IMG/VR virus record: IMGVR_UViG_2758568661_000004 | Direction: 5' to 3' (one strand) | From: a virus | Taxonomy: Duplodnaviria > Heunggongvirae > Uroviricota > Caudoviricetes | DNA: 64,000 nucleotides | In this document: positions 28,525 to 37,710 of the stretch, in pieces | How positions within the stretch are numbered: the first letter of the stretch is position 1 | How the letters are laid out: each line of letters starts with the position of its first letter | Made by a program: the position numbers and the translations under genes | The notes under the pieces: generated by a model | What the model was told of the DNA's origin: nothing | Databases searched by the model: none | Seen by the model: the letters and a program-made list of their open reading frames with translations, nothing else

Positions 28525-28851
28525 TCAGTCGTCAATGCCGAGCTGCTGCGGGACGGTGAGTGCCGGGTAGCGCAGCCGCTGTTCTTTCGGTTCGCTCTCG
28601 TTGGCGAGTTGGTGGTAGATGCTGAGGCCGGCGGAGGAGTTCAGCAGTTTCCGTTTCCGCTCTTCACCGGTGTTGCCGGTAGCCTCCACGGATCCGCGGA
28701 CGTGGACGGCCAGCTCCTGCTTCTCTGCCGGCATGGGGATGAACCCGTGCGCCCACCCGTGAACGGTTCGTTCGGACGCACCGAGGATCGCCCCGACCTG
28801 GCGTGGTGTGAGGCCGGATTCTTTGAGCAGCCAGCGGACGTCGGTGGTCAC
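28525..28851 (-). CDS. HTH (XRE-like) DNA-binding protein
   Basis: ORF track; LKESGLTPRQVGAILGASERTVHGWAHG helix-turn-helix. Confidence 0.6.
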   Translation of the reverse strand: MTTDVRWLLKESGLTPRQVGAILGASERTVHGWAHGFIPMPAEKQELAVHVRGSVEATGNTGEERKRKLLNSSAGLSIYHQLANESEPKEQRLRYPALTVPQQLGIDD

Positions 28852-29360
28852 CGGTTCTCCTCCCGGCGCTGCAGAAGTTCGTACGCTCCGCCTTTCCCAG
28901 CGAGGAGAACAGCTGGGGATGCTTTCAGGAGGGCGACAATCTCTGCTGACTCATCAGCGCGCACCTGTCGGTCGTGGCCTTCCAGCCAGTCGGCGACGGC
29001 CAAGGCGATGTTCTCCGCGTGGGCGAAGAAAACACCGTCCGGGAACAAGTTCATGATCGTCCGGAAGTCCGGGTGGGCGGGTGCTGGTCCGGTCAGCTGC
29101 CGCTGATGGTTGTACAGCCCGGTTGGGTAGCCGTCGTCCGCCCACCGGTTCATCGTCTCCACCAGGTTGTCGGCGGTCGGTTCGGTGCCGGCGGCGCTGG
29201 TCAGGTGGATGTGCGCGGTCAGGTCGCGAAGCGCTGCAACCATCCCCTGCTTCCGGGCTTCGGAAGCTTTCCGGTCGGCGCTCAGGTCAGCGTCCCGGAG
29301 TTCACGGCGGAGGTCTTCAATCTCCTCCCTGAGATCCTGGATCAGGTCGTGTTCAGGCAT
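28848..29360 (-). CDS. hypothetical protein
   Basis: ORF track (..29483) trimmed to MPEHDLIQDL; Arg-rich N-extension rejected. Confidence 0.5.
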   Translation of the reverse strand: MPEHDLIQDLREEIEDLRRELRDADLSADRKASEARKQGMVAALRDLTAHIHLTSAAGTEPTADNLVETMNRWADDGYPTGLYNHQRQLTGPAPAHPDFRTIMNLFPDGVFFAHAENIALAVADWLEGHDRQVRADESAEIVALLKASPAVLLAGKGGAYELLQRREENR

Positions 29361-29679
29361 GACGCTCCACGATCGCCGCAGCCAAAGCCAGCGTCTCCTT
29401 GTTATCCTGCTCCCACAGTTCAAGATGGGTTTGCGAGAACGTGGCAAGACCCTCCGGGATAACCGGGTAGGCGGTGATGGCACGGTTCAGCAGGGCGGTG
29501 ACCGCATCGATCGCCGGTTCGGAGGTCAGATGCATGATGGCGATGGCGGCGCGGGCATCCTCCCGGGACTTCCTCGCCCAGCGGAGCATCGACTTCTCCA
29601 CCTTCGGGTGCACCGGGTAGTTGCGCACCTCGGTGAGCCAGCTGACGGCGGCGGTCAGGGTCTCCATGTGGGTGCTCAT
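29353..29679 (-). CDS. hypothetical protein
   Basis: ORF track trimmed to MSTHMETL behind GGAGAC SD. Confidence 0.5.
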   Translation of the reverse strand: MSTHMETLTAAVSWLTEVRNYPVHPKVEKSMLRWARKSREDARAAIAIMHLTSEPAIDAVTALLNRAITAYPVIPEGLATFSQTHLELWEQDNKETLALAAAIVERHA

Positions 29680-30035
29680 GCACTGTCTCCGTTGATGAGG
29701 GCAGCGAACCGCAACGCCAAGGTCTGGTTGAGGATGGAAGGGTTCACATGCGCTGACCGTCCCGGCCACGGTGCTGACTGCCCGACCACGTTCGCGTGGC
29801 GGAGCACAGCGAGGATGGTGTCCATCACCTCAGCCGACGTGAGGACCAGGAAAGCTTCCGCGACTGTCTGATGCTGCTCGGACTTCCCGGCAGCGCGAGT
29901 CCACCGCTTCTCCGTCTTCGCGTCGATCTCGTACTCCCGGGCGACCGACAACCGGCGGATTGCTTGGGCGATGGCGGAGGCTGCTGCTTCGGCTTCCGCA
30001 TTGGATGGTTTCTGTTTGCGCACACGGTTAGGCAT
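29676..30035 (-). CDS. hypothetical protein
   Basis: ORF track; start is a class-II motif ATG (TGCCGCATGCCTAAC). Confidence 0.55.
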   Translation of the reverse strand: MPNRVRKQKPSNAEAEAAASAIAQAIRRLSVAREYEIDAKTEKRWTRAAGKSEQHQTVAEAFLVLTSAEVMDTILAVLRHANVVGQSAPWPGRSAHVNPSILNQTLALRFAALINGDSA

Positions 30036-30041
30036 GCGGCA

Positions 30042-30650
30042 TCACAGTCCCCGGATGCCGGTCTTCGCGTTCCGGTTGGTGCGGGCCTCCAGCTGCCTCA
30101 GCAGCGACCGGCCGAACGACCACCGTTCGTGATGATCCCAGTTCGGGTTCGGTATCAGATGCTGTGCGAGAGCGTCCAGACGGAGTCGGCCGTCCTCTTT
30201 CGTGGCGGTGTTCGCGGCGTCGATCGTCGCGGACACACCGTCGCGGAACTGGTCGCGGTCGCGGGCTTGCAACCATTCGGAGTTGAGGATTTTGGTGGCG
30301 AGCAGATCAGCGGATTTGTCATCCGCCTTCACCCCGGCCGCCGTGATCAGGTCGAGCAGGTACCGGTGGTCGAACGGGAGTGTGGTGACCGGGTCCAACC
30401 GTCGGACGGGGCGACGGAACAGCCTCTGCAGCCATGTCTGCTGCATGTACAGCGGCTCCCGGAAGGTCTTCCGATCCGCCGGGTACGGGTCGAGCCTGCC
30501 TTCGGTGAGGATGACCTTCTCCCCGGATAGCAGCTGCACTTTGTACTCAACGTTCCCGTGGGCGGTCAGCACCACACCGACCTCGCCAACGTTCGGGCCT
30601 GACTTCACGATGACCGGGTCGTTGTCGAAGTACCTGTCGGTTTCGCTCAT
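30042..30650 (-). CDS. hypothetical protein with KOW-like N-terminus
   Basis: ORF track; VIVKSGPNVGEVGVVL. Confidence 0.55.
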   Translation of the reverse strand: MSETDRYFDNDPVIVKSGPNVGEVGVVLTAHGNVEYKVQLLSGEKVILTEGRLDPYPADRKTFREPLYMQQTWLQRLFRRPVRRLDPVTTLPFDHRYLLDLITAAGVKADDKSADLLATKILNSEWLQARDRDQFRDGVSATIDAANTATKEDGRLRLDALAQHLIPNPNWDHHERWSFGRSLLRQLEARTNRNAKTGIRGL

Positions 30651-30805
30651 GCGGTCACCCCGAGAAGGTGTCGGGTTTCCACAGCGGCGAGCTCTTTGAG
30701 GGTGGGCGCATGCCCGACTGTCTCATCGAAGCTCCCGCAGATGCAGGTGGCGTGGACACCGTCATCGTTGACGGTGTAGCTGACGCGGATCTCATGCGGC
30801 TCCAA
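30647..30805 (-). CDS. possible small Cys-containing protein
   Basis: C-terminal ~52 aa of ORF 30647..31000 (…VSYTVNDDGVHATCICGSFDETVGHAPTLKELAAV…); start uncertain (TTG); ATGA coupling to next gene. Confidence 0.3.
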   Translation of the reverse strand: MEPHEIRVSYTVNDDGVHATCICGSFDETVGHAPTLKELAAVETRHLLGVTA

Positions 30806-31265
30806 GGGGAACCTCCTCTGTCCATAGGTGGCGGATGATGATGCGGGCGGCACGGCGTGCCTTGTTGTGCTGGCCGGAGCCGAGGATGACGGGTCGCTCT
30901 TGGTAGGAGGACCATGCGCTGAGGCACCATTCGGAGGATGTGACCTCGAGGATGAGCTTGCGAATCTTCCCGTCCCAGTGCACGTCGACGGCACCGTCAC
31001 GGCGGGTCAGGTCGAACTGTCCAGCGAGTACCAGCGAATCTGGGAGCTGCCGGAGGATGGCTGCTGCATTCATCCCCTGGGTTCGGTTCCGGGCGCGTGT
31101 GTCGTTCAGGAGACCGGCGATGGTGAAGGACGCCGCAACCTGCTCTCGTCCTTCGTCCGCGGGTGTCAGGTTCCGTCGTGCGGGCCTGGCGAATGGGCGT
31201 GCGAACACGACGATGATCACGATGGCTGGTACGACGACGATCAGGAGGATGGCAGCCACGATCAT
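30792..31265 (-). CDS. membrane-anchored hypothetical protein
   Basis: ORF track; N-terminal TM; GGAGG SD. Confidence 0.55.
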   Translation of the reverse strand: MIVAAILLIVVVPAIVIIVVFARPFARPARRNLTPADEGREQVAASFTIAGLLNDTRARNRTQGMNAAAILRQLPDSLVLAGQFDLTRRDGAVDVHWDGKIRKLILEVTSSEWCLSAWSSYQERPVILGSGQHNKARRAARIIIRHLWTEEVPLGAA

Positions 31266-31639
31266 GCGGAAGCCTCCACAGCCTGTCTGACGGCGGCTGC
31301 GCGCTCCTCATCGGTTTCATGCGGGTTCCGGATCTTCGAACCGCCGATCACCACGATGTGCTGGTCGATGAAACCTTCGAAGGGTTCGTCATCCTGGACA
31401 TGCTTGGCGGCGTAGCTGATAACCGCGGTGCGGCCTTCATTGAACGCTTCTCGCCGGATGTGGCGGATGAAGTCGGAGGCGAGGATGGAGGTGACGATGC
31501 GGTCACGGTCTTCAACCGCCATGTACGTTGTCACAGCGCGGGGGATCCCGTTCTCCGGGAACGATGCGGTGATCGTGTCGTATCCGATGGCCGCTTCGAG
31601 CGCTCGAGCTTCGGGGGTGTTCAGGAGGTCGTTCGTCAT
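31262..31639 (-). CDS. hypothetical protein
   Basis: ORF track (..32011) trimmed to class-II motif ATG (MTNDLLNTPEARALEAAIGYDT); ATGA overlap. Confidence 0.5.
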   Translation of the reverse strand: MTNDLLNTPEARALEAAIGYDTITASFPENGIPRAVTTYMAVEDRDRIVTSILASDFIRHIRREAFNEGRTAVISYAAKHVQDDEPFEGFIDQHIVVIGGSKIRNPHETDEERAAAVRQAVEASA

Positions 31640-31938
31640 GCGGCGGCTTCGCTTTCCTTCGAGGGCTTGGACAGGTCGACGGTGGTCTGGCTGACGCCGG
31701 TAGCGGCGGCGGTTTCCTCGTCGAGGATTGACTGCTCGCACAGGGTGCACAGGTCGCCGAACTGGTAGATGGCGCAGGTTTCCTCGTGCGTCCACACCTT
31801 GTCGCCGTTGTGGTCGCGGACGGAGCAGTCCGGGAACCCTCCCCCGCCGCAGCAGGGGCAGAGGGGTTCGTCGGCGTACTCGGCCGGGTCGGTGAACTCT
31901 TCCAGGCCCCATTTCGTTTGGATGGTGATCGTGGTCAA
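31636..31938 (-). CDS. Cys-rich hypothetical protein
   Basis: ORF track; CPCCGGGGFPDC...CTLCEQS. Confidence 0.5.
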   Translation of the reverse strand: MTTITIQTKWGLEEFTDPAEYADEPLCPCCGGGGFPDCSVRDHNGDKVWTHEETCAIYQFGDLCTLCEQSILDEETAAATGVSQTTVDLSKPSKESEAAA

Positions 31939-32486
31939 CGGGACTCCTTCTTCGGGGTGCGGTTGGCGAGCATCCGCGAAAGTTCAGGGAACGGGATGGT
32001 GGTCGCTGCACGCCCGGATTTCGTCTTCATCGACGCGAGGACGGTTGCAACGTCGCTGTGCAGTTCGATGAGCGGTGGCAGGCCGACGGGGACGTTCGGT
32101 ACGGAGCCGGACGCAGCATGTTTCGCCCATGCGAGCCTCTGCTGTTGGATGCGGCGGAGGAAGTCGTGCATGTCGTCCACTTGGACGCCGGGTCGGGTGT
32201 ACTCGACCGCCAGCTGCTGTAGGCGGCGCCGTTCCCGTTTAGAGAACTCTGGTGCGTCCTGGCGTGGGGTGGTGGCAGCGATCAAGTCAACGAGCGAGCG
32301 GTGGTACACGTCAGGCTGGAACCGGTCGAGGGTGTCCCTGACTTCGATGAGCAGGCCCAGTTGAATGCCGAGCTCATCCAGAGTCTGCGGTGGGAGCAGG
32401 GCGGTCTGCCCGATGACAGCGTTCACCTGGGTGAGCAGCTCGTCGAATGGGATGTGCGTTTTCACGGAGTTGCTTGCGGCGCTCAT
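31935..32486 (-). CDS. hypothetical protein
   Basis: ORF track. Confidence 0.55.
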   Translation of the reverse strand: MSAASNSVKTHIPFDELLTQVNAVIGQTALLPPQTLDELGIQLGLLIEVRDTLDRFQPDVYHRSLVDLIAATTPRQDAPEFSKRERRRLQQLAVEYTRPGVQVDDMHDFLRRIQQQRLAWAKHAASGSVPNVPVGLPPLIELHSDVATVLASMKTKSGRAATTIPFPELSRMLANRTPKKESR

Positions 32487-32610
32487 CTGCTTCCCCCTGG
32501 CCGGTAGATCGTGTCAGCCGCCCCGATGTGGAGGTCATGCAGTTTCCCGCCGGCGCAACGACCGGCGGCATGGCGGAGCCGGTCGGGTGGCAGGGTGTTG
32601 CGCAGCATGA
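32487..32610 (-). CDS. small hypothetical protein (~41 aa)
   Basis: ATG behind GGAGAC SD downstream of class-I motif 32649; stop TGA overlaps start of 31935..32486 (ATGA). Confidence 0.3.
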
Positions 32611-32673
32611 GTCTCCGGGGTCGCGAAGGGTGAATGGTTCAGCTAACCCATGCGCAGGAACCCCGGTGCGCCC

Positions 32674-33696
32674 TTACTTGGCGGTGGGCGCTGGGAGGCG
32701 AGCCATCTTGTGCGGCACGTTCAACCTCCCGAACCCCGGGAGCATCACCTTGTAGTTGGCGGGGTTGACCTTCTCCACGGTGCCCACCGCGAGATGGTAT
32801 TTCGTCCCTGGCGCCCAGATGACCGCGGGGTTGCCGGGTTTGATTCGAACACCACGGGGAACTTCGATGGGTTCACCGGTCGCCACCTGGGCGTCCCCTA
32901 CAGCTACGGGCGGCTTCTCGGGGATGGGTTTGTTGGCGCCGCGACCGTTCTCGGTGAAGCTGACCGACTCGAACGGGATCAGATATTTTGTTCCGCCGGG
33001 GATGGCGTACACGTACTTGGTGCGTCGCGATTCCACGATCACCCCGACCTCACCGGTTCTGGTGATGATCTCGTCACCACTTCTGGCGAGGGGAAGGTAT
33101 TTCCCTTCGTACAGTTTCCGGAACGCATCCTCACCGCGTACAGCTCCGGCGTTTTCCGGTTTGGTGGCGTTGAGCTTTCGTTCCTGATCTTCGGCGTACG
33201 GGTTCACACCACACCTGTCGCCGGTGCATCCGATCCGGCGGGCGTTCGCTTTCCATTCGGGGCCGTGGATGACCCGGCGGCGGCGTCCGGAAGGCCCGAC
33301 AGTGAAGGTTGTTGGCGTGATGGCGTGTGCAATCTCATGCAGGACGGTGTTCCGGAATTCATCCTCCGAAGCGAACCTCGTGTAGTGGGAGCTGACCGAG
33401 ATCGTCTTGGTTGACTTCATGCACCAGCCGATGCGGCTCTTTTCGTTGTTGAACTCGAAACGCCACCCGTCTTTGAGTAGCCCATGCTCCCCCATCTGAT
33501 CCATCGCGAACTCCCGCGCGGTGTCCACATCCCAGGGGCGGTTGACCGTGAGGCCTCCGAACTCCTCAGACCCGTGCTGATGGGCGACGTAGGTTCCCGG
33601 TCTCGCCGAACCAGTAGACGGGGCGTGCCCGCGTCCGGTTATGTCGATGACACCGATTGGTGCTCCGAACGTTGCTAGGTTCAGGCTCTGACTCAT
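32674..33696 (-). CDS. SprT-like zinc metalloprotease domain protein
   Basis: ORF track; VLHEIAHAITP HExxH motif. Confidence 0.6.
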   Translation of the reverse strand: MSQSLNLATFGAPIGVIDITGRGHAPSTGSARPGTYVAHQHGSEEFGGLTVNRPWDVDTAREFAMDQMGEHGLLKDGWRFEFNNEKSRIGWCMKSTKTISVSSHYTRFASEDEFRNTVLHEIAHAITPTTFTVGPSGRRRRVIHGPEWKANARRIGCTGDRCGVNPYAEDQERKLNATKPENAGAVRGEDAFRKLYEGKYLPLARSGDEIITRTGEVGVIVESRRTKYVYAIPGGTKYLIPFESVSFTENGRGANKPIPEKPPVAVGDAQVATGEPIEVPRGVRIKPGNPAVIWAPGTKYHLAVGTVEKVNPANYKVMLPGFGRLNVPHKMARLPAPTAK

Positions 33697-33726
33697 GCCC
33701 GATTACGTGTGCGGCACTAACTCACA

Positions 33727-33939
33727 TCAGGCGGCGGCGAGTGATGCGGTGTCGGTCAGGTCGTACCGGTAGACGGGTCCGTCAGCGTCAATCCCGGTCG
33801 CCCATCTGCCTTCAACAAGGTAGGTGCGACCTGCGTCGGTGAGCCTCTGCCCGAAGGCGAGGATCCGGTTGGTGGAGATCTGGTGGTTGCGGCCTTCGTG
33901 GGCGCGGACGACAACGTCGAGGGGGTGTGTGGCGGACAT
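33727..33939 (-). CDS. hypothetical small protein
   Basis: ORF track. Confidence 0.45.
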   Translation of the reverse strand: MSATHPLDVVVRAHEGRNHQISTNRILAFGQRLTDAGRTYLVEGRWATGIDADGPVYRYDLTDTASLAAA

Positions 33940-34001
33940 CGAATGTCTCCAAAGTGGTGCAAGGGCGGGTGGGGGTACCCGATGGAGACATGCGGCGGAA
34001 C

Positions 34002-34256
34002 TCAGCCGATCCGGTCGTTTTCGAGCATGTCGCGGACGAACTCGTCGAACTCCGGGTTGTTCACCGGTTTGGGTGTGGGGCGTGGCCGGCCGTGACGGAT
34101 GCGATGGTGCAGCTTCCGGAGCTTCCGTCGAGGTTCGTCTTCTGCGTCATCGAAATGCTCGTCGAGGCCCAACGATTGAGCGATGAGGAACACAAGGACG
34201 GCGCGCACTGTGAGGGCTACGGCACCGAGGAGGATGTCGGTTGCGAACGTGTTCAT
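34002..34256 (-). CDS. small membrane protein
   Basis: ORF track; N-terminal TM. Confidence 0.5.
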   Translation of the reverse strand: MNTFATDILLGAVALTVRAVLVFLIAQSLGLDEHFDDAEDEPRRKLRKLHHRIRHGRPRPTPKPVNNPEFDEFVRDMLENDRIG

Positions 34257-34687
34257 GCAGCGGCCGACTCCGGGGTTGCCTCATCCAGGTACCACCAGAT
34301 GACGTATTCGTGCTCCCATTCCCAATCGAATTCGCCGTCGGGGAAGGAGCCGTCCTCGAGGGCACGGTCACCGGTTTCGTCGGTGCAGGTGTCGCGGAGG
34401 TTCCCGTCCAGCCACCACAGCATCCAGCAGGTGTCATGCGGGTTGTAGTCGCATCCGCACGGCCAGAAGTCATGGTCGCAGTCAGGGTGCAGATGGCAGT
34501 AGGAGCCCTGGTCGCCGTCGCAAACAGGTTGACCGTCCACGATGCGGTGCACGGCACGCGGCGCTGCGAGCACGTCCGCCGGGGTCTCCTGGCGAGGCAC
34601 CGCCGGTGCCACCGGTGCAGGCTTGGGGGCACCGACGTAGAACTCTGGATGCTCGACGATGTGCTGGGCGTGGTCGATGGTAGTCAT
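34253..34687 (-). CDS. Cys/His-rich metal-binding hypothetical protein
   Basis: ORF track (..34876) trimmed to MTTIDHAQHIVEHPEFYV behind TGAGGAC; CHLHPDCDHDFWPCGCDYNPHDTC. Confidence 0.55.
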   Translation of the reverse strand: MTTIDHAQHIVEHPEFYVGAPKPAPVAPAVPRQETPADVLAAPRAVHRIVDGQPVCDGDQGSYCHLHPDCDHDFWPCGCDYNPHDTCWMLWWLDGNLRDTCTDETGDRALEDGSFPDGEFDWEWEHEYVIWWYLDEATPESAAA

Positions 34688-34774
34688 CAGAGTCCTCAAT
34701 GGTCGGTGCGGGTCTACGTCTGAGGAATGCGGCGGGCACCCTTCAACGTGAAGGTCATGCGCAGAAACAGTGAA

Positions 34775-34800
34775 CGCCGCCACCTCGCGAGGTGGCGGCG
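34775..34800 (-). terminator. perfect 13-bp palindromic hairpin CGCCGCCACCTCG/CGAGGTGGCGGCG
   Basis: 22 nt after the stop of 34822..35694; next class-I motif follows at 34756. Confidence 0.55.
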
Positions 34801-34821
34801 TCCAAACGGATTCGTGGTTTG

Positions 34822-35694
34822 TCAGCCTTCGTCGGCAGCGACAGTGAAACGGTCGGTGATCTTGGCGAGTCCCCAACCGTCGAGCCGGTAGATGACAGAT
34901 TTGGCGGCTTCTGTGGTCAGCCCGTACGTGTCGATGAGGTGGCGGGACAGTTGTGTGGAGCGAACGTCGCCGCCCTGTCGGAGGATCCAGGCGAGCACAT
35001 CGTCGATGTCGACACCGCTGATCTCTCGCTCGGTGCGACGCATGAGCACGTCGGCTGCGTCGAGGCGGGCCTGCTGACGCCGGCCATCACCGGGGAGCGG
35101 CTCGTCATGCCGAAGCCCCAGATGGGCGCGGAGGATGACCTCCACCATGTTCGCCGCATCAGACAGGCCACCGTTGTACCCACGCTGGAACTCAGACCCA
35201 GCCCGGTTCGGGTGGCGGAACGATTCGGCTAGGTCGGCAACCTGCTCGGCGAGGTTCTCCGCACCGGCACGGCTTACCCGGGCTGTTGCGCCGGCATCCG
35301 ACTGACGGATGACCGCCTCGGACACCACAGTGTCCACCGTGACGTTCCGGTCCTCAGCGGTTGTCGCGGCGAGGATGGTGGCGGCCGGTGACAGCTTGAC
35401 CACGGAAGGGTCACGGTCACCTTCGATGTGCTCCCCGACCAGGTGGAACCAACGCCCGAGCCCGTTCGCGTGCTGAACATCTTCGGGGTAGTCGCCGGCG
35501 CCGAGAGCGCTGACCTCATCTGAGAGCATCAGGTGGTTGAGGCTGAGGTCACCCAAAGCGTGCAGGACAGCAGCGACCTGGTTGATGGTGGGTGCCGGGT
35601 CGCCGTGCAAGTACACGCTCCCGGACACCGCCAGATGCGCTGTGATGCGGTCGCCCGGGTGCTGCCCTCCGATGGTGAATGCTGCGTCGGTCAC
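34822..35694 (-). CDS. hypothetical protein with C-terminal winged-helix-like region
   Basis: ORF track; GTG start overlapping upstream stop (GTGA); C-term STQLSRHLIDTYGLTTEAAKSVIYRLDGWGLAKI. Confidence 0.55.
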   Translation of the reverse strand: MTDAAFTIGGQHPGDRITAHLAVSGSVYLHGDPAPTINQVAAVLHALGDLSLNHLMLSDEVSALGAGDYPEDVQHANGLGRWFHLVGEHIEGDRDPSVVKLSPAATILAATTAEDRNVTVDTVVSEAVIRQSDAGATARVSRAGAENLAEQVADLAESFRHPNRAGSEFQRGYNGGLSDAANMVEVILRAHLGLRHDEPLPGDGRRQQARLDAADVLMRRTEREISGVDIDDVLAWILRQGGDVRSTQLSRHLIDTYGLTTEAAKSVIYRLDGWGLAKITDRFTVAADEG

Positions 35695-36131
35695 TGGTTC
35701 TCCTCCGTAGCAAGTGCGGCGGCGATCGCTTCCAGGACTTCGATCTCCTCGGCTTCCGGGTCGTTCAGGTAGTCGATGATGAGTTTGCGTGCCGCGGTCC
35801 GCTGGGCGAGCAGTTCTTTGTTCTCCTCGAGCACGTCGGTGGCTTCGTCAGCGGTCATCCCGCCGGCGTACTGCTCGTTGGACAGGACAACCCACCGCCC
35901 GGACTCGGACGGCACTGTCCTCTGGAAGTTGTCTCGGGCGGCGTCACGGAGACGCCCCACCTCAGCATGCTCGGCGTTCACCCGGTCGATGAGTTTCCGG
36001 ATGACAGCAAAAGTCCCCTTCTTCACGTCACTGTCTGTTGTCCGCCATGCTTCTGCGGTACGCCATTCCTGGTCGATGTACTGGGCGGCTTCCGTGGTGA
36101 GCTCGTCGATGGTCTGCTTGTTCTCAGTCAT
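35691..36131 (-). CDS. acidic helical hypothetical protein
   Basis: ORF track; 8-nt overlap with upstream gene. Confidence 0.55.
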   Translation of the reverse strand: MTENKQTIDELTTEAAQYIDQEWRTAEAWRTTDSDVKKGTFAVIRKLIDRVNAEHAEVGRLRDAARDNFQRTVPSESGRWVVLSNEQYAGGMTADEATDVLEENKELLAQRTAARKLIIDYLNDPEAEEIEVLEAIAAALATEENQ

Positions 36132-36624
36132 CCTGGTCTTCCTCGTAGTAGTCGCGCATCCACGCCATGATCTGCTGGCCTTGGAAGGTGATGACGTTCC
36201 GCTTCCGGCGGCGGGCGCGCTGTATACGGGATCCGTGACGGCCGACAGCTTTCACGTTGAAGGACGGCTTCCCCATCGCTTCTGGCCGGTCCCGGTTCCA
36301 GCCGGGGGTGTTGTCGCAGGGGCAGCCGATGACACCGAAGCCTCCGGTCACTCTTCCGTGCTGGTCGAGGGTGTGGGTGCAGTTCCCCCATGCGCATCGC
36401 ACCTGGGATCCGTACTTTCGGCGTTCGCGTGCAGCCTGCTTCGCTTCCGCGCGGACACGGGTGAGGGACGGGTTGTTGGAGTCGATGCCCACCATCTTGG
36501 CGAGGGTGTCCTGGTACACAGGCTCGTAACCGGGCTGCTCTGTGAGGGCTTTGAAAGCCTGCATCTCCGGGGTGCGCCAGTAACGGACGTCGTACCGTTT
36601 CCGGGTCTTCGATTTCCGTGTCAT
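36124..36624 (-). CDS. basic Cys/His-cluster protein (zinc-finger or HNH-like, unassigned)
   Basis: ORF track; CAWGNCTHTLDQHGRVTGGFGVIGCPCDN. Confidence 0.5.
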   Translation of the reverse strand: MTRKSKTRKRYDVRYWRTPEMQAFKALTEQPGYEPVYQDTLAKMVGIDSNNPSLTRVRAEAKQAARERRKYGSQVRCAWGNCTHTLDQHGRVTGGFGVIGCPCDNTPGWNRDRPEAMGKPSFNVKAVGRHGSRIQRARRRKRNVITFQGQQIMAWMRDYYEEDQDD

Positions 36625-37313
36625 CGGTCTTCCTTCGGGGTGTAGTTCAAGGTGACGGTGTACTGGATGGTGACCTCTGCGGCGTTCGCGAGGTACCGCA
36701 GCTCCGTCAACGTCATGTCGTACTCTCCGGCGAGGACCGACCGCACCTTCTCGACCGGCTGGTCAAGACGTTCCGCGATCAGTTCCACCGGGACGGTGGT
36801 GGTGTTCCTGATCGCTTCGATCAGCTGCTCTTGGGATTCGTAGTTGCTGGACGCGGCACGGGCTACTTCGTCAGCGAAGGCTGGACTTCCGATCAGCTGC
36901 TCCGTGAACCACACCTTCAACAGGTTGGTGGGGATCTTCTCCTGCTGCTCGGTGACGCACGTCTCCCACGGGGAGCCGGGGACGGCGATCAGGTTGTTCA
37001 GATGGGTGCCGCTGAGCGCTCCGTACTGGGCGGTGATGCTGTCCAGGATCACCCGCTGTTTGACGGTGATCGCGTCGATGTTCCCGGCGTCCCAGCTGCC
37101 GATGGTGTACCGGCCGTCGTACCGTGACCGGAGGTCGGCGGAGAAGGGGCAGCCGGGCAGGGCGGTGAACTGCTCGTTGAACAGAGGGTCGCCGGTCAGG
37201 GCGAGGGACCATCCTTGTGCGATGTAGGTGAGGGCTTGCAGTTTCGAGGTGGAGACGCCTTCGTTCGGGAATCGGGCGACGATCCCTGCGGCAATGTCAT
37301 GGATGGTCGTCAT
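36621..37313 (-). CDS. Panacea (DUF4065, SocA-like) domain protein, putative antitoxin
   Basis: ORF track; KLQALTYIAQGWSLALTGDPLFNEQFTALPGCPFSADLRSRY matches the Panacea-domain core; ATGA overlaps on both sides. Confidence 0.6.
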   Translation of the reverse strand: MTTIHDIAAGIVARFPNEGVSTSKLQALTYIAQGWSLALTGDPLFNEQFTALPGCPFSADLRSRYDGRYTIGSWDAGNIDAITVKQRVILDSITAQYGALSGTHLNNLIAVPGSPWETCVTEQQEKIPTNLLKVWFTEQLIGSPAFADEVARAASSNYESQEQLIEAIRNTTTVPVELIAERLDQPVEKVRSVLAGEYDMTLTELRYLANAAEVTIQYTVTLNYTPKEDR

Positions 37314-37660
37314 TCGCGACCCTTCGTGGATGCTTGGCCGACGAGGACGCCGAGGACGTGGACGGCGTTGATCCCGGCGAGCATCGCTTCGGTCTTCTCA
37401 AACTTGGATGTGCGATCGTTCGCCCCTGCGAGATGCTGTGTGAAAGCGGTGGTGAATGCTGTGTACAGCTCCTGCTGGCGTTCATCCGCGATGTTCGGGT
37501 TCGCCCCCGGCATGGCTGAGGCGACCATCCCGGTACGTATGGTGCTCTTGAGGGCCTTCCGGTACCAGGGTGTGGCAATCCAGGTGAGCGCCCAAGAGGC
37601 GATAGCCCACGCCGTTCTGTCGCGGGCGCGACCGAGCGTGCTGCGGTCAGCTGTGATCAT
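37310..37660 (-). CDS. small membrane-associated hypothetical protein (first gene of coupled operon)
   Basis: ORF track (..37693) trimmed to ATG behind CGGAGGA SD (MITADRSTL); hydrophobic TAWAIASWALTWIATPW; 13-codon motif uORF ends ATGA on start. Confidence 0.5.
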   Translation of the reverse strand: MITADRSTLGRARDRTAWAIASWALTWIATPWYRKALKSTIRTGMVASAMPGANPNIADERQQELYTAFTTAFTQHLAGANDRTSKFEKTEAMLAGINAVHVLGVLVGQASTKGRE

Positions 37661-37710
37661 CTGAATCCTCCGTGCGTTGTGGTGCTTACACACCTCATGC
37701 GCAGAACAGG

